IMG/VR virus record: IMGVR_UViG_3300045836_000008
Strand: one strand, 5' to 3'
Length of the DNA: 64,000 nt
Origin: a virus
Taxonomy: Duplodnaviria; Heunggongvirae; Uroviricota; Caudoviricetes
Made by a program: the position numbers and the translations under genes. This document shows positions 8,392 through 17,256 of this stretch, piece by piece (positions within the stretch are counted from its first letter, which is position 1; every line of letters begins with the position of its first letter). Under the pieces are notes generated by a model that searched no databases, was not told the origin of the DNA, and saw only the letters and a list, made by a program, of their open reading frames with translations.

Positions 8392-9008
8392 AATCACTAA
8401 AGCAATTCATCACCGAACTAGACGCCGTTTGCGAAGCTACTGACACGTCATACCGTGGCGAACATGAATCACCGGGTCCGGGTTCCGGTTCCCCGCTACA
8501 TGACCTGAAGGGCACGTATGACGATGACTTCTATGGCCCGCAAGGTGTGCGGATGTATGGCGATGGTTCGCACTACGACCACGAATCCCATGCAGCTATC
8601 GCACGCGTGCGCAACCGACCCAACGCATCGGTGAAAATCTATCGCGCGGTCCCACATGAACCGACGCATGCCGAGAAGTTGAACGCAGCATACGATGCAC
8701 AGAAGCACTACATGAAGACCGGCAAGCTGAAGAACATCGGCCACGGCGTTGACAACTACGACAAGCTGCACGCCCACATCGAACATCTCGAAAAGAATCC
8801 GCCAAAGGAAGGCTCTGAACCGCCGAAGGCCAAGATCAATCCGGGCGATTGGGTCAGTGTGTCGAAGACCTACGTCCATGAACACGGTCGCGATAATCTG
8901 AAGGGTAAGTACAAGGTATTGTCCAAGACCGTGCGTGCATCGGAAGTCTATACGGATGGTAACTCGATCCACGAACAGGGCTATCACCCGAAGGAAAAGA
9001 CCAAGTGA
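8388..9008 (+). CDS. Putative head-internal protein with a possible R-S-E type ADP-ribosyltransferase-like domain
   Basis: N-terminal MKSLKQFITE resembles the T4 internal-protein capsid targeting sequence; IYRAVP ... GDWVSVSK ... GNSIHEQGY suggests R/S/E motifs. Confidence 0.55.
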   Translation: MKSLKQFITELDAVCEATDTSYRGEHESPGPGSGSPLHDLKGTYDDDFYGPQGVRMYGDGSHYDHESHAAIARVRNRPNASVKIYRAVPHEPTHAEKLNAAYDAQKHYMKTGKLKNIGHGVDNYDKLHAHIEHLEKNPPKEGSEPPKAKINPGDWVSVSKTYVHEHGRDNLKGKYKVLSKTVRASEVYTDGNSIHEQGYHPKEKTK

Positions 9009-9667
9009 AGACGCTATCTCAGTTCATCGCAGAAGAAGCGGCAAGCCATCCGATGATCGAAGTCGATGGCAAGATGCAGCATCGCCACGATAGCGAAGGC
9101 AAACCGATCCATCCGACCGACGAAGGTATTCGTAACTTCCATCGCTGGTTCGTCGGTTCGCATGCGGTTGATAAGCATGGCCGACCACAAGCGTTCTATC
9201 ACGGCACGGTCCACGACATCACGCACTTCGATGGTGACAAGGCACGCGGCAATGAACACTACGGCACATCGAAGGGTACGCACTACTTCAGCGATTCGCC
9301 GCACAACGCCAGCACATACGCGGGCGCTCGCACGGACATGACAGGTCGCGTCACACACGCATCCGGCGCGAACGTCAACAAGGTCTATCTGCGCATGGCG
9401 AATCCGTTGAAGGTCGATGCGAAGGGCAACAACTGGCGCGAAGTTCCGTTCAAGGGCGATCACGTGACGACCGATGACATCGTGGACCACGCGAAGAGTC
9501 AAGGCCACGATGGCGCGATCATCAAGAACGTGGTCGATACCGCTGGTGAACACAAGAAGAAGCAGACGACAGTCGCGGTCTATCACCCGACGCAAATCAA
9601 GTCTGCTACAGGCAATAACGGTGATTTCCACATCATGTCGAATCACATGGGTGAGTCAACAGAATAA
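9005..9667 (+). CDS. ART-PolyVal family ADP-ribosyltransferase-like protein, putative head-internal protein
   Basis: FHRWFVGSHAVDKHGRPQAFYHGT, YFSDS...ASTYA, VYLRMANP, GHDGAII, TQIKSATGNNGDF; N-terminal MKTLSQFIAEE. Confidence 0.75.
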   Translation: MKTLSQFIAEEAASHPMIEVDGKMQHRHDSEGKPIHPTDEGIRNFHRWFVGSHAVDKHGRPQAFYHGTVHDITHFDGDKARGNEHYGTSKGTHYFSDSPHNASTYAGARTDMTGRVTHASGANVNKVYLRMANPLKVDAKGNNWREVPFKGDHVTTDDIVDHAKSQGHDGAIIKNVVDTAGEHKKKQTTVAVYHPTQIKSATGNNGDFHIMSNHMGESTE

Positions 9668-11040
9668 TGGCAAATACAATCAATAACGGCATCCGTAATG
9701 CGGGCGATGTCTCGGTCAACGAAGTCACGTTGATCTGCACGAACGGCACACAGATTGACTTGATGCCGTTTATGGTTGAACTGAACATCACCGAAGACAT
9801 CTTCTCAACGGCCATGTATGGCAACATCATGGTCGCTGATGCCATTGGCATCGTAGAGAACGGCCCGATTGTCGGGGAAGAGTACCTACGCGTGAACGTG
9901 AACACGCCGGGTATGGAATCGAAAATCTACAAGACGTTCAGGGTGTATAGCATCTCGGATCGCACTGTCGTTACTGACGACAAGACGCAAGTGTTCACAC
10001 TGCACTTCTGTTCGCCGGAAGTCTTCGTGGACACCTATGCGAAAATCTTCAAGACGTTCCAAGGGAAGGTGTCCGATGTCGCAGCGTCGATCTATCAGAA
10101 CTACCTTCAGACATCGCGCAACATCATCGTCAACCCGGAAACCAAACAGTTCGTTGATTCGGATGACGTAACATCGATGACGATCCTGAACGAGACGGAC
10201 AATCAGGTGAAGTTCACGTGTCCGGGTTGGGGCGCAATGAAGACCCTAAGCTGGCTCGCATCAAAGGGACTGGCGACAGGTACAGGCACGTCCGACAACC
10301 TGTTCTACGAGTCGTCACAGGGCTTCTATTGGGGTTCTGTCAGCAAGATCATCCAGACCTTCGTGAACAACAAGACGGTCGCAGCAGAGTTCTACTATCT
10401 GCCGAACACGACACGCATCCACGAAGGCCCGGTCGCGATCAATGGTGTTCAGTACACCGTACCAAATCTGAACAAGGGCTACAAGCTGATTCAGGACTTC
10501 CGCATCGATGACACGTTCAATACGCTGAAGTCGAATCAGAACGGCTACTACGCGAACCAAGTGCTGACGGTGGACCTGACGAACAAATCGTTCAAGTACA
10601 ACAACTACGATTATGTGTCGAACTTCGGGAAGTATCCGCACATGGATAAATACCCGCCGTTCACGACGACGCAGTTCCGCAACCCTTCGATGGCGACGCA
10701 AGTGGCCTACCAGACACCGGGTCTGTATGACAATGTGAGTGGGAATATCAGCGAGAAGATCGCAGACATCAAGCAGAACCGTTTGTCGATGCTGGCTGGT
10801 CTGTCGAACATCAAGATTGAAGGCACTGTCGCTGGACGGACAGACTTCGAAGTGGGAAGTGTGGTCTATTTCGGAATGCCAAAGATGGGTCCGAAAGACG
10901 GCACTGACAAGGCCGAAGAGTTCGATGAATATCTCTCGGGACTTTGGCTTGTCAGTTGTGTTCGCCACAAGATCAACTTGCAGCGGCATGACATGATCCT
11001 TGAAATGGTCAAGGATTCATTCGATACGCAGATTCACTAA
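9667..11040 (+). CDS. Baseplate hub protein (gp27/GpD-like)
   Basis: ELNITEDIFSTAMYGNIMVAD, FFE-like LFYESSQGFYW, YLSGLWLVSCVRH; located just before the PAAR gene. Confidence 0.7.
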   Translation: MANTINNGIRNAGDVSVNEVTLICTNGTQIDLMPFMVELNITEDIFSTAMYGNIMVADAIGIVENGPIVGEEYLRVNVNTPGMESKIYKTFRVYSISDRTVVTDDKTQVFTLHFCSPEVFVDTYAKIFKTFQGKVSDVAASIYQNYLQTSRNIIVNPETKQFVDSDDVTSMTILNETDNQVKFTCPGWGAMKTLSWLASKGLATGTGTSDNLFYESSQGFYWGSVSKIIQTFVNNKTVAAEFYYLPNTTRIHEGPVAINGVQYTVPNLNKGYKLIQDFRIDDTFNTLKSNQNGYYANQVLTVDLTNKSFKYNNYDYVSNFGKYPHMDKYPPFTTTQFRNPSMATQVAYQTPGLYDNVSGNISEKIADIKQNRLSMLAGLSNIKIEGTVAGRTDFEVGSVVYFGMPKMGPKDGTDKAEEFDEYLSGLWLVSCVRHKINLQRHDMILEMVKDSFDTQIH

Positions 11041-11048
11041 GGAAAAAC

Positions 11049-11303
11049 ATGACACGCATCTGTCGGCTAAACGACACGCACTCGCATGGCGGAAACATCA
11101 CCACTGCGAGTGCAGATTGCTTTCTCGGTAACGAACCCATCGCGCGACATGGCGATCAGATTTACTGCAATCAGCACGGAGTGCAGACCATCGTTGGCAC
11201 GGAGAACTACATCCACATCAACAATTCCGAAATCGCACTAGAAGGCGATGTATGCTCTTGCGGCGCTACTCTGATTGCGTCGTTTGATGGTGTGTCTGCC
11301 TAA
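11049..11303 (+). CDS. PAAR-repeat spike tip protein (gp5.4-like)
   Basis: RLNDTHSHGG, PIARHGDQIYCNQHG, IALEGDVCSCGATLI. Confidence 0.9.
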   Translation: MTRICRLNDTHSHGGNITTASADCFLGNEPIARHGDQIYCNQHGVQTIVGTENYIHINNSEIALEGDVCSCGATLIASFDGVSA

Positions 11304-11586
11304 ACGAGAACGCCATACCCGGATTGTTCTTGAACCAGTCGAATAGCGGCTGGATGTGTTCCTGCTTCATCGGCTGCACATCGCAGAGTTCTTGCGCTAT
11401 CAAGTTGGGTGTGACATGCCGTATGTTGGCGAAGACGCACTTCAAATCCGGGGACCAAGCGATACTCTCAGCGCCATACGGCATCGGGAACACATCGCAC
11501 GGACGGCCCCACGGCATGATGTTGCGATCTTCCGGTACGTGTCGCCGGAAACTCGATGACAGTCCTTTATCGGGAGCCATCATCAA
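11266..11586 (-). CDS. Hypothetical protein
   Basis: Last ORF of the leftward island, coupled to the upstream ORF. Confidence 0.55.
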   Translation of the reverse strand: MMMAPDKGLSSSFRRHVPEDRNIMPWGRPCDVFPMPYGAESIAWSPDLKCVFANIRHVTPNLIAQELCDVQPMKQEHIQPLFDWFKNNPGMAFSFRQTHHQTTQSE

Positions 11587-11777
11587 GACCCAAGTTCGTT
11601 AATCATCCGGTTCAGGGCGTCTTCGACTTTCCACGCGTCGATTATCTTGATGTTCTCTTCTTCGAAGTCGCCACTGCGTGCGTAGTAGCACGTGGAAGGT
11701 ACAAGGACTTTGACCGATTCGGTTGCGTCCTGCATGATGCCGCGCAATTCGATCAGTTGTTCTTTCGTAAAGGCCAT
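11583..11777 (-). CDS. Hypothetical protein
   Basis: MAFTKEQLIELRG; part of a tightly packed leftward array. Confidence 0.65.
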   Translation of the reverse strand: MAFTKEQLIELRGIMQDATESVKVLVPSTCYYARSGDFEEENIKIIDAWKVEDALNRMINELGS

Positions 11778-11965
11778 TCGATGTTCACCCAAAGTGGACA
11801 AAATTTGTTGACGGTGTGATTCGCGACGCTATCGTTGACGTTGCGACCGGTCAAATGACATTCGTGGTCGTCATACGGGTAGAAGCAATCCAAATCAGCA
11901 CGCGTGTAGATCGTACTCTTCTGCGGGCAACGATCACACGTTACTGGTCCGACGAGCCAAATCAT
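11753..11965 (-). CDS. Hypothetical Cys-rich protein
   Basis: ATGA coupling to the upstream ORF; CDRC...C...C pattern. Confidence 0.55.
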   Translation of the reverse strand: MIWLVGPVTCDRCPQKSTIYTRADLDCFYPYDDHECHLTGRNVNDSVANHTVNKFCPLWVNIEWPLRKNN

Positions 11966-12540
11966 CCGTAGTGTCCATGACATTCGTAATGCACTTCTAC
12001 TCGATCACGATCATAGTAGGTCGATGACGACTGGTCGTAATACGAACCGGGAAAGTACACTTGCGTGAAGGGTCCGCGACCGGGAAACATCGATTCAAGC
12101 TGAATGCCCCGCCAACTGGTCGGATCAACCACGTTATCAGGAACCGGACGAACGGGCGGTGGTGCTGGCGGCGCAATGACGCCGTTCGCATAGTCGTCCC
12201 ACTCTTGGAGTGCGATCAGGAAGTTGTCGTGCGCCTTGTCGCGCTTCTCGTTGGAACCGAACACCATCGACCCGGAACGTTCGGCGCGATCTTCTTTCGA
12301 TGCGCCCCACAACCAGATACGTTCGGTTTGGATGTCCATGACGGAACGCGAGATGACTTCATAGCCGTTCGATGCCCTGAACGTGTGGAAGTCGCCATCG
12401 TCGTCACCGGTCCACGTGATACGCGGGTCTGCATTCTGGTGCAGGATGTCGAACGTCAAGCGCTTGGTAGTGCTGACGAGACGAAACACCAAGTTGTCCA
12501 GACGGTAGACATCACCGGCTATAGGCTGAAGGATTTTCAC
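11962..12540 (-). CDS. Hypothetical protein
   Basis: 192-aa ORF with GTGA coupling. Confidence 0.7.
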   Translation of the reverse strand: MKILQPIAGDVYRLDNLVFRLVSTTKRLTFDILHQNADPRITWTGDDDGDFHTFRASNGYEVISRSVMDIQTERIWLWGASKEDRAERSGSMVFGSNEKRDKAHDNFLIALQEWDDYANGVIAPPAPPPVRPVPDNVVDPTSWRGIQLESMFPGRGPFTQVYFPGSYYDQSSSTYYDRDRVEVHYECHGHYG

Positions 12541-12698
12541 CAGTCACCTTCGGCTTTCACTTCTTCGATACGCGCGTCGATGTACGCGTCCCACTCTTCG
12601 GAAATCATCCCATAGATGATGTCCATGTCATCTGCGCTGGCGTACTTGTTCAGGAAACGGTAACGGTCAGCATTCTTCTGAATCTCTTCTTGCGACAT
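12537..12698 (-). CDS. Small hypothetical protein (53 aa)
   Basis: Translated by hand: MSQEEIQKNADRYRFLNKY...EGDW; below the ORF-track cutoff; coupled to the next gene. Confidence 0.6.
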   Translation of the reverse strand: MSQEEIQKNADRYRFLNKYASADDMDIIYGMISEEWDAYIDARIEEVKAEGDW

Positions 12699-12784
12699 CT
12701 CTTTCTACTTTTCTCTTGCTTGGTTTGACAAGGTGCTGCATCGCCCATCTTCCTTCAAAGATGTAGCGAACAACACCGTTCTTT

Positions 12785-13009
12785 TTACCTTCGCGCGAAC
12801 GTGCGCGATTGGCGTACTTTCGGATTTCTCGGGATAGCTTCAAGGAACTGACAGTGCGGTTTGTCGAAGACCATCACATCTTCCAGACCGTCGAAGAAAA
12901 TCTCGATCCGGTTGCGCGAAAGAATCCGCGTGACGTGGCCGGTTCCCCAATCAGGAAACCAACGATCACGCACGCGGTCTTTGACCTTCGCTTTGGTGAT
13001 GTCGATCAC
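12785..13009 (-). CDS. Hypothetical protein (SH3-like VRDRWFPDWGTGHV)
   Basis: GTG start overlapping the upstream stop; 3' half of track ORF 12785..13213. Confidence 0.6.
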   Translation of the reverse strand: MIDITKAKVKDRVRDRWFPDWGTGHVTRILSRNRIEIFFDGLEDVMVFDKPHCQFLEAIPRNPKVRQSRTFARR

Positions 13010-13197
13010 AGCGACTTCTTGTGTTCGGGTGCGGGGATGACGTTGTAACCACGCTTCTTGATGATGTTCTCGATCTTCTCGGGCGTGGACGATGCCAAGA
13101 TCGTGCCGCTGAAGGCTTCGATCAGGTCTTGCATCACCGGGTTTTCGATTCCGGTGCGTTCCAGAATGTAGACGGTCAGTACGGTTTGGTTTTCCAT
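13006..13197 (-). CDS. Hypothetical protein
   Basis: MENQTVLTVYILER; packed array. Confidence 0.65.
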   Translation of the reverse strand: MENQTVLTVYILERTGIENPVMQDLIEAFSGTILASSTPEKIENIIKKRGYNVIPAPEHKKSL

Positions 13198-13199
13198 AT

Positions 13200-13508
13200 T
13201 CACTCCGAGTCAAGAATTCGCTTCGTTTCTTCTACGATGTCGCCGCATGCCAGCCACAGGATGCGGTTCAGGTTTTGGTCATGGTCCTTTAGTTCATCTT
13301 CGTCCCACGCGCCGTATTCATCGAGTTCCTTGCGCAGCGTGTCGCGGTCGATCTTGCCTAACTGCACTGCGATTTCCGGCACCTTACGCAGTTCCGCGAT
13401 GTCCACGTCGCACTGGCCTTGATGGGAACCCTGACAGGCTTGGTCCCACGTCAGTTCAATCTCGATCAGGCCACTACCGCTGCTGTACCAGTAGGTTCGT
13501 TCGCTCAT
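13200..13508 (-). CDS. Hypothetical phage protein
   Basis: MSERTYWYSSG...ELDEYGAWDEDEL...RILWLACGDI; GGGAG RBS. Confidence 0.75.
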   Translation of the reverse strand: MSERTYWYSSGSGLIEIELTWDQACQGSHQGQCDVDIAELRKVPEIAVQLGKIDRDTLRKELDEYGAWDEDELKDHDQNLNRILWLACGDIVEETKRILDSE

Positions 13509-13510
13509 GT

Positions 13511-13696
13511 TCAATCTCCCTTTGCGTGTTTGTTGAGTGCGCGTGCAGCTTCCTTCTCGCCTTCCAGAAACAGCCAGTTGATGCACTCGTCCACGTTGTC
13601 GAACTGGCGAAGCTTCTTGGCTTCTTCATCCGACAACATGACCCGTTCTGCCGGTAGTTGCCATACGTGCCACTTACCTTTGATGAAAGGAATCAT
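13511..13696 (-). CDS. Hypothetical protein
   Basis: First gene after the leftward promoter; GGGAG RBS before ATG 13696. Confidence 0.7.
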   Translation of the reverse strand: MIPFIKGKWHVWQLPAERVMLSDEEAKKLRQFDNVDECINWLFLEGEKEAARALNKHAKGD

Positions 13697-13708
13697 GTCC
13701 GTCACTCC

Positions 13709-13715
13709 CTAAATA
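13709..13715 (+). promoter_or_regulatory. Late promoter (CTAAATA) for gp5
   Basis: CTAAATA about 65 nt upstream of the gp5 ATG. Confidence 0.65.
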
Positions 13716-13727
13716 ATCAATATACGC

Positions 13728-13756
13728 ATTGTACCCAAGCTTGGACTAGCTGTCAA
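13728..13756 (-). promoter_or_regulatory. sigma70-type early promoter for the leftward island
   Basis: On minus: AAAGTGC-TTGACA-17nt-TACAAT. Confidence 0.85.
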
Positions 13757-13780
13757 GCACTTTCATATCTGGGAATTCTC

Positions 13781-16700
13781 ATGTTTCAAGCCTACGTTGG
13801 TGTTGTCGAAGACCGTTTTGACCCTATGGAACTCGGGCGTTGTCGCGTCCGGGTTTTTGGCGTCCACACGGACGACCGCAACGACCTTCCGACCGGTGAT
13901 CTTCCGTGGTCGATGTCCATCGGCCCGATCCAATCCGCTTCTAATTCGGGCGTAGGTCTGTCGCCTACCGGCATCGTGCATGGATCGTGGGTCATTGGCT
14001 TCTTCCTTGATGGGGAAGAGAAACAGCAGTTCATGATGATGGGTACGCTGACCGGTCAACAGGCACAGGCGATGATTGCGTCTGGCACGGTAGCGGGTGC
14101 TTCATCAACGGCAAGCACAACGACGACTTCTGCTTCATCAACGGCAAGCCCGACGAACCGGACACCGGTCACGAACACCGTCTCGGGTACGGTCGATCCT
14201 ACCACGGTTCGTCAACCTTCGGGCTGGACTCTGGGCCAGACTTCGAAGCAGTATGAATCGGGTTCACGCGGTTGCGGTGCGATCAACAACTATCACAACA
14301 GCGGTGATCTTGGCGGCGCATCGTATGGGTCGTATCAGTTCGCATCCTACCTACCGGCCACGATGCCGAACGGTAAGGGTCGTCCAAACGCATCGAAGTC
14401 GCCGGTCATCAAGTATCTGGCGAACTCTTCGTATGGCTCGCGATTCGCTGGCATGCAGCCCGCGACGGCACAGTTCGATCAGACGTGGCAAGCATGCGCG
14501 TCAAGCGATCCTACGGGCTTCCAAGCCGATCAGCACGCGTATGTGAAGGCAACCTACTACGATGTCATGATCGGGAACCTGAAGCGTGCTGGACTCGACC
14601 TGACGCCGTTTGGCGCTGGTGTTCAGGACTTGGTGTGGTCCACGGCTGTCCAGATGGGACCGGCCCGCACAAGCGTGATTCTGACGCCTTTGAAGGGTAT
14701 GACCAAGCTTGACGATGTGACGATCATCAACGCGGTGATGGACTACAAGATCGCGAACGTACCAACGCTGTTCTCGCGTTCGTCGTCTGCGATCCAAGCC
14801 GGTGTCCGCTCGCGCTATGTCAGCGAAAAGAAGGCACTGCTGGCGCTCGCATCGCAATACAACAGCGCAGCACAGATTGCATCGACACAAGCCGAGAAGG
14901 ACGCCGTATTGCCGCCGAAACCGGTCACACCGATTCCGGCCAATCCGCTGATCCCGAACGCCGTGGCGCAAGCATTCAGTTCGAATGCGCCGGTCTATAC
15001 GCCGTACACACCGACAAGCGATCCGGCCAACAAGGCACTTATCGCGGGAACACGTCAAGGCTTCAGTGATCCCGATGGCGTGTATCCGACCGATGACTAC
15101 GTTGGCGAACCGGACACGAACAAGCTGGCGCGTGGCGTCTATGCCGGTACACCGTCAGAAGACAAGTCGCTGAATCGCGCAACGGGTATTCCGCTTCCGA
15201 ACGGAGATACGTTCGATCAGCCATTGAACCCGTACAACGGTAAATACCCATACAACAAGGTGTTCCAATCCGAAGCGGGTCATGTGGTCGAATACGACGA
15301 CACGCCCGGTGCTGAACGCATCAACATCTATCACACAGCCGGAACCTTCACGGAAATCGACGCCAATGGCAACATGACGCGACGCGTGGTTGGTTCGGAC
15401 TACCAAATTACGGACGGGAACGGTTATGTACGTGTCGAAGGCCGCTGTAACATTTCTGTTGGCGGTTCTGCTAACGTGTATGTCAGTGCAGATGCCAATA
15501 TTGAAGTCGATGGGGATGTATCCGTTTCAGCGGGCAACGACATCGATGTATATGCCGCTGGACGCGTCACGGTAAGCGGTGGTGAAGCGCTCGACTTCCG
15601 TGGCAAGGATGTCTTCATCTCTGCGGACAACGATTTCCATGTGACGGCGGGCGGTGTATTCAACGTCGAAGCTGGCGGTGCGATGAACCTGAAGGCCGAG
15701 ACTGGCATGTACGTGCAAGCTGCGAACGCGATGAACATCATCGGCGGTTCTGGCGTGAATGTGCAGTCGCAGTCGGGTGACATCGATGTGAATGCGAACG
15801 GCAACGCGAACATTCAATCGGGCGGTGATTCGAACGTGTTGGCTGGTGGTTCCGCGAAGGTCTACGGTACTTCATCGGCTCACTTGCGCAGTGCGGGTGT
15901 GACGGCGCTCGATGGTAGCTCGATGCAAATCCAGAATGGTTCATCGGTACAAGCGTCTGGCGCTGGTACGGCACAACCTGCATCTGATGCGAAATATGGG
16001 GAAGCGGGTCTTGACGATACGCGTACTGAGTACGACGAATATCTGATTGATGACGTGTTCCCGACGAATCGGGTTGACGGTGTAGCACTGAAGGTAGAAA
16101 CGCCAGAAGAAGCGGCAAATGGCGGCACTGCGGCGATCCAAGCGCAGATGGTGACTGACGGTATGGCAACGCCTTCAGAACTGAATGCAACGCCTGTAGC
16201 GCAGTCCGCGCCGGATACCACGCCGTTGTCTACATCGGCCAAGCCGTTCACTATCGGCAAGACCGACGCGCAACAGATGGCCTACATCAAGACGCTGACG
16301 AACATTCCGGCCAACTTCAAGCTGACGCCGAACTTCACGTTGGGTGCGCTGTCGATCAACGCACCGGCACAGCATGATCGCATCGCGGCACAATACAACC
16401 TGACTGAAGGTGAGATTGCAGCGAACCTGTATGCACTGGCGGTGAATGTCCTTGAACCGATCAAGGCAAAGTACCCGAACATGTTTGTGACCAGTGCATT
16501 CCGTGCGCAAGCCCATAACACACTGTCGAAGTCCATCTCGCAGCACTGTTTGGGTCTGGCTGCTGACATGCAATTCACTGGTGTAGCTAAGTCGGACTAC
16601 TACGCACTTGCTGCTGAACTGAAGTCGCTTCTTCCTGCATATGACCAGTTGCTTCTTGAATACAAGACCACTGGTTCAGGCAATCCGTGGATTCATATCT

Positions 16701-16786
16701 CGTTCAATACGGCTGGTAATCGCGGACAGGTATTGACCATGTTCAACAACAAGGTTCATTCGTCTGGACTGACTAAACTCGCATGA
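13781..16786 (+). CDS. gp5: Baseplate central spike with OB domain, VgrG3-like muramidase, beta-helix and C-terminal M15 peptidase
   Basis: GVVEDRFDPMELGRCRVRVFG (gp5 OB); LGQTSKQYESG...SYGSYQFAS; YPYNKVFQSEAGHVVEYDDTPGAERI; TSAFR...SQHCLGLAAD...WIHISF; start moved to ATG 13781. Confidence 0.9.
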   Translation: MFQAYVGVVEDRFDPMELGRCRVRVFGVHTDDRNDLPTGDLPWSMSIGPIQSASNSGVGLSPTGIVHGSWVIGFFLDGEEKQQFMMMGTLTGQQAQAMIASGTVAGASSTASTTTTSASSTASPTNRTPVTNTVSGTVDPTTVRQPSGWTLGQTSKQYESGSRGCGAINNYHNSGDLGGASYGSYQFASYLPATMPNGKGRPNASKSPVIKYLANSSYGSRFAGMQPATAQFDQTWQACASSDPTGFQADQHAYVKATYYDVMIGNLKRAGLDLTPFGAGVQDLVWSTAVQMGPARTSVILTPLKGMTKLDDVTIINAVMDYKIANVPTLFSRSSSAIQAGVRSRYVSEKKALLALASQYNSAAQIASTQAEKDAVLPPKPVTPIPANPLIPNAVAQAFSSNAPVYTPYTPTSDPANKALIAGTRQGFSDPDGVYPTDDYVGEPDTNKLARGVYAGTPSEDKSLNRATGIPLPNGDTFDQPLNPYNGKYPYNKVFQSEAGHVVEYDDTPGAERINIYHTAGTFTEIDANGNMTRRVVGSDYQITDGNGYVRVEGRCNISVGGSANVYVSADANIEVDGDVSVSAGNDIDVYAAGRVTVSGGEALDFRGKDVFISADNDFHVTAGGVFNVEAGGAMNLKAETGMYVQAANAMNIIGGSGVNVQSQSGDIDVNANGNANIQSGGDSNVLAGGSAKVYGTSSAHLRSAGVTALDGSSMQIQNGSSVQASGAGTAQPASDAKYGEAGLDDTRTEYDEYLIDDVFPTNRVDGVALKVETPEEAANGGTAAIQAQMVTDGMATPSELNATPVAQSAPDTTPLSTSAKPFTIGKTDAQQMAYIKTLTNIPANFKLTPNFTLGALSINAPAQHDRIAAQYNLTEGEIAANLYALAVNVLEPIKAKYPNMFVTSAFRAQAHNTLSKSISQHCLGLAADMQFTGVAKSDYYALAAELKSLLPAYDQLLLEYKTTGSGNPWIHISFNTAGNRGQVLTMFNNKVHSSGLTKLA

Positions 16787-17250
16787 TGTACGGAGCGAAG
16801 CGACGCGCCGAAGGCGGCACATAATCAGTAACAATGTCCGCCTTCGGCGTGTGTCCGTCGCTTCGCGCCGTCCCCATGAACTGTTTTGTTTAGATCGGTA
16901 TCGCATGATGTGCGATTGTTTTAGATACAATTCGGCTGTCCGAACCGAATTGCTACCTGAGAAATCAGATACATCCAACATAGGACTTCTTTCGAAGCGG
17001 GCGGTCACGCTGTACCCTTCAAACCATTTCTTATGACGCGGCGTGTGATCTTCCCGGTTGGAACAAGAAGCACGCTGACGGTAATCATCCCGTCTCGTTT
17101 GCGATGTTATAGCCATCGTTGCATTTCAAATCATATAGCGAGTCGGAAACTCGACGGCTACTGTCTCTGATGAACAGGTTCACCACGTCTTTGTATTCGC
17201 CTGACGCTTGGCTTTATCTTCCGAAGTGATTCAGATAGAACTACTTGTTC
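16787..17250 (-). ncRNA. Candidate structured non-coding RNA or origin-like region
   Basis: About 460 nt with no credible gene, several stem-loops, and ATAAATA late promoter on minus at 17254-17260. Confidence 0.35.
16791..16870. repeat. Long imperfect inverted repeat (80-nt hairpin) after gp5
   Basis: cggagcgaagcgacg pairs with cgtcgcttcgcgccg (1 mismatch); cgccgaaggcgg pairs perfectly with ccgccttcggcg. Confidence 0.9.
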
Positions 17251-17256
17251 GGGTAT

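Noticed and set aside
12726-12731. Plus-strand TTGACA (also at about 22596) as promoters
   Set aside because: No acceptable -10 at 16-18 nt and no rightward gene downstream
13658-13780. Track-extended starts for gp5 and others (747, 1276, 2187, 7479, 23680, 54710, 55494)
   Set aside because: They overlap neighbouring genes or promoters; downstream ATGs fit the RBS, coupling and family N-termini better
14098-14149. 19-nt direct repeat tgcttcatcaacggcaagc
   Set aside because: It encodes a duplicated ASSTAS in a Ser/Thr linker of gp5; no sign of a regulatory or mobile role
16676-17116. 146-aa minus-strand ORF in the post-gp5 gap
   Set aside because: It overlaps the gp5 3' end antisense, runs through the long hairpin, lacks a clear RBS and has an atypical Arg/Ser-rich composition; not fully excluded
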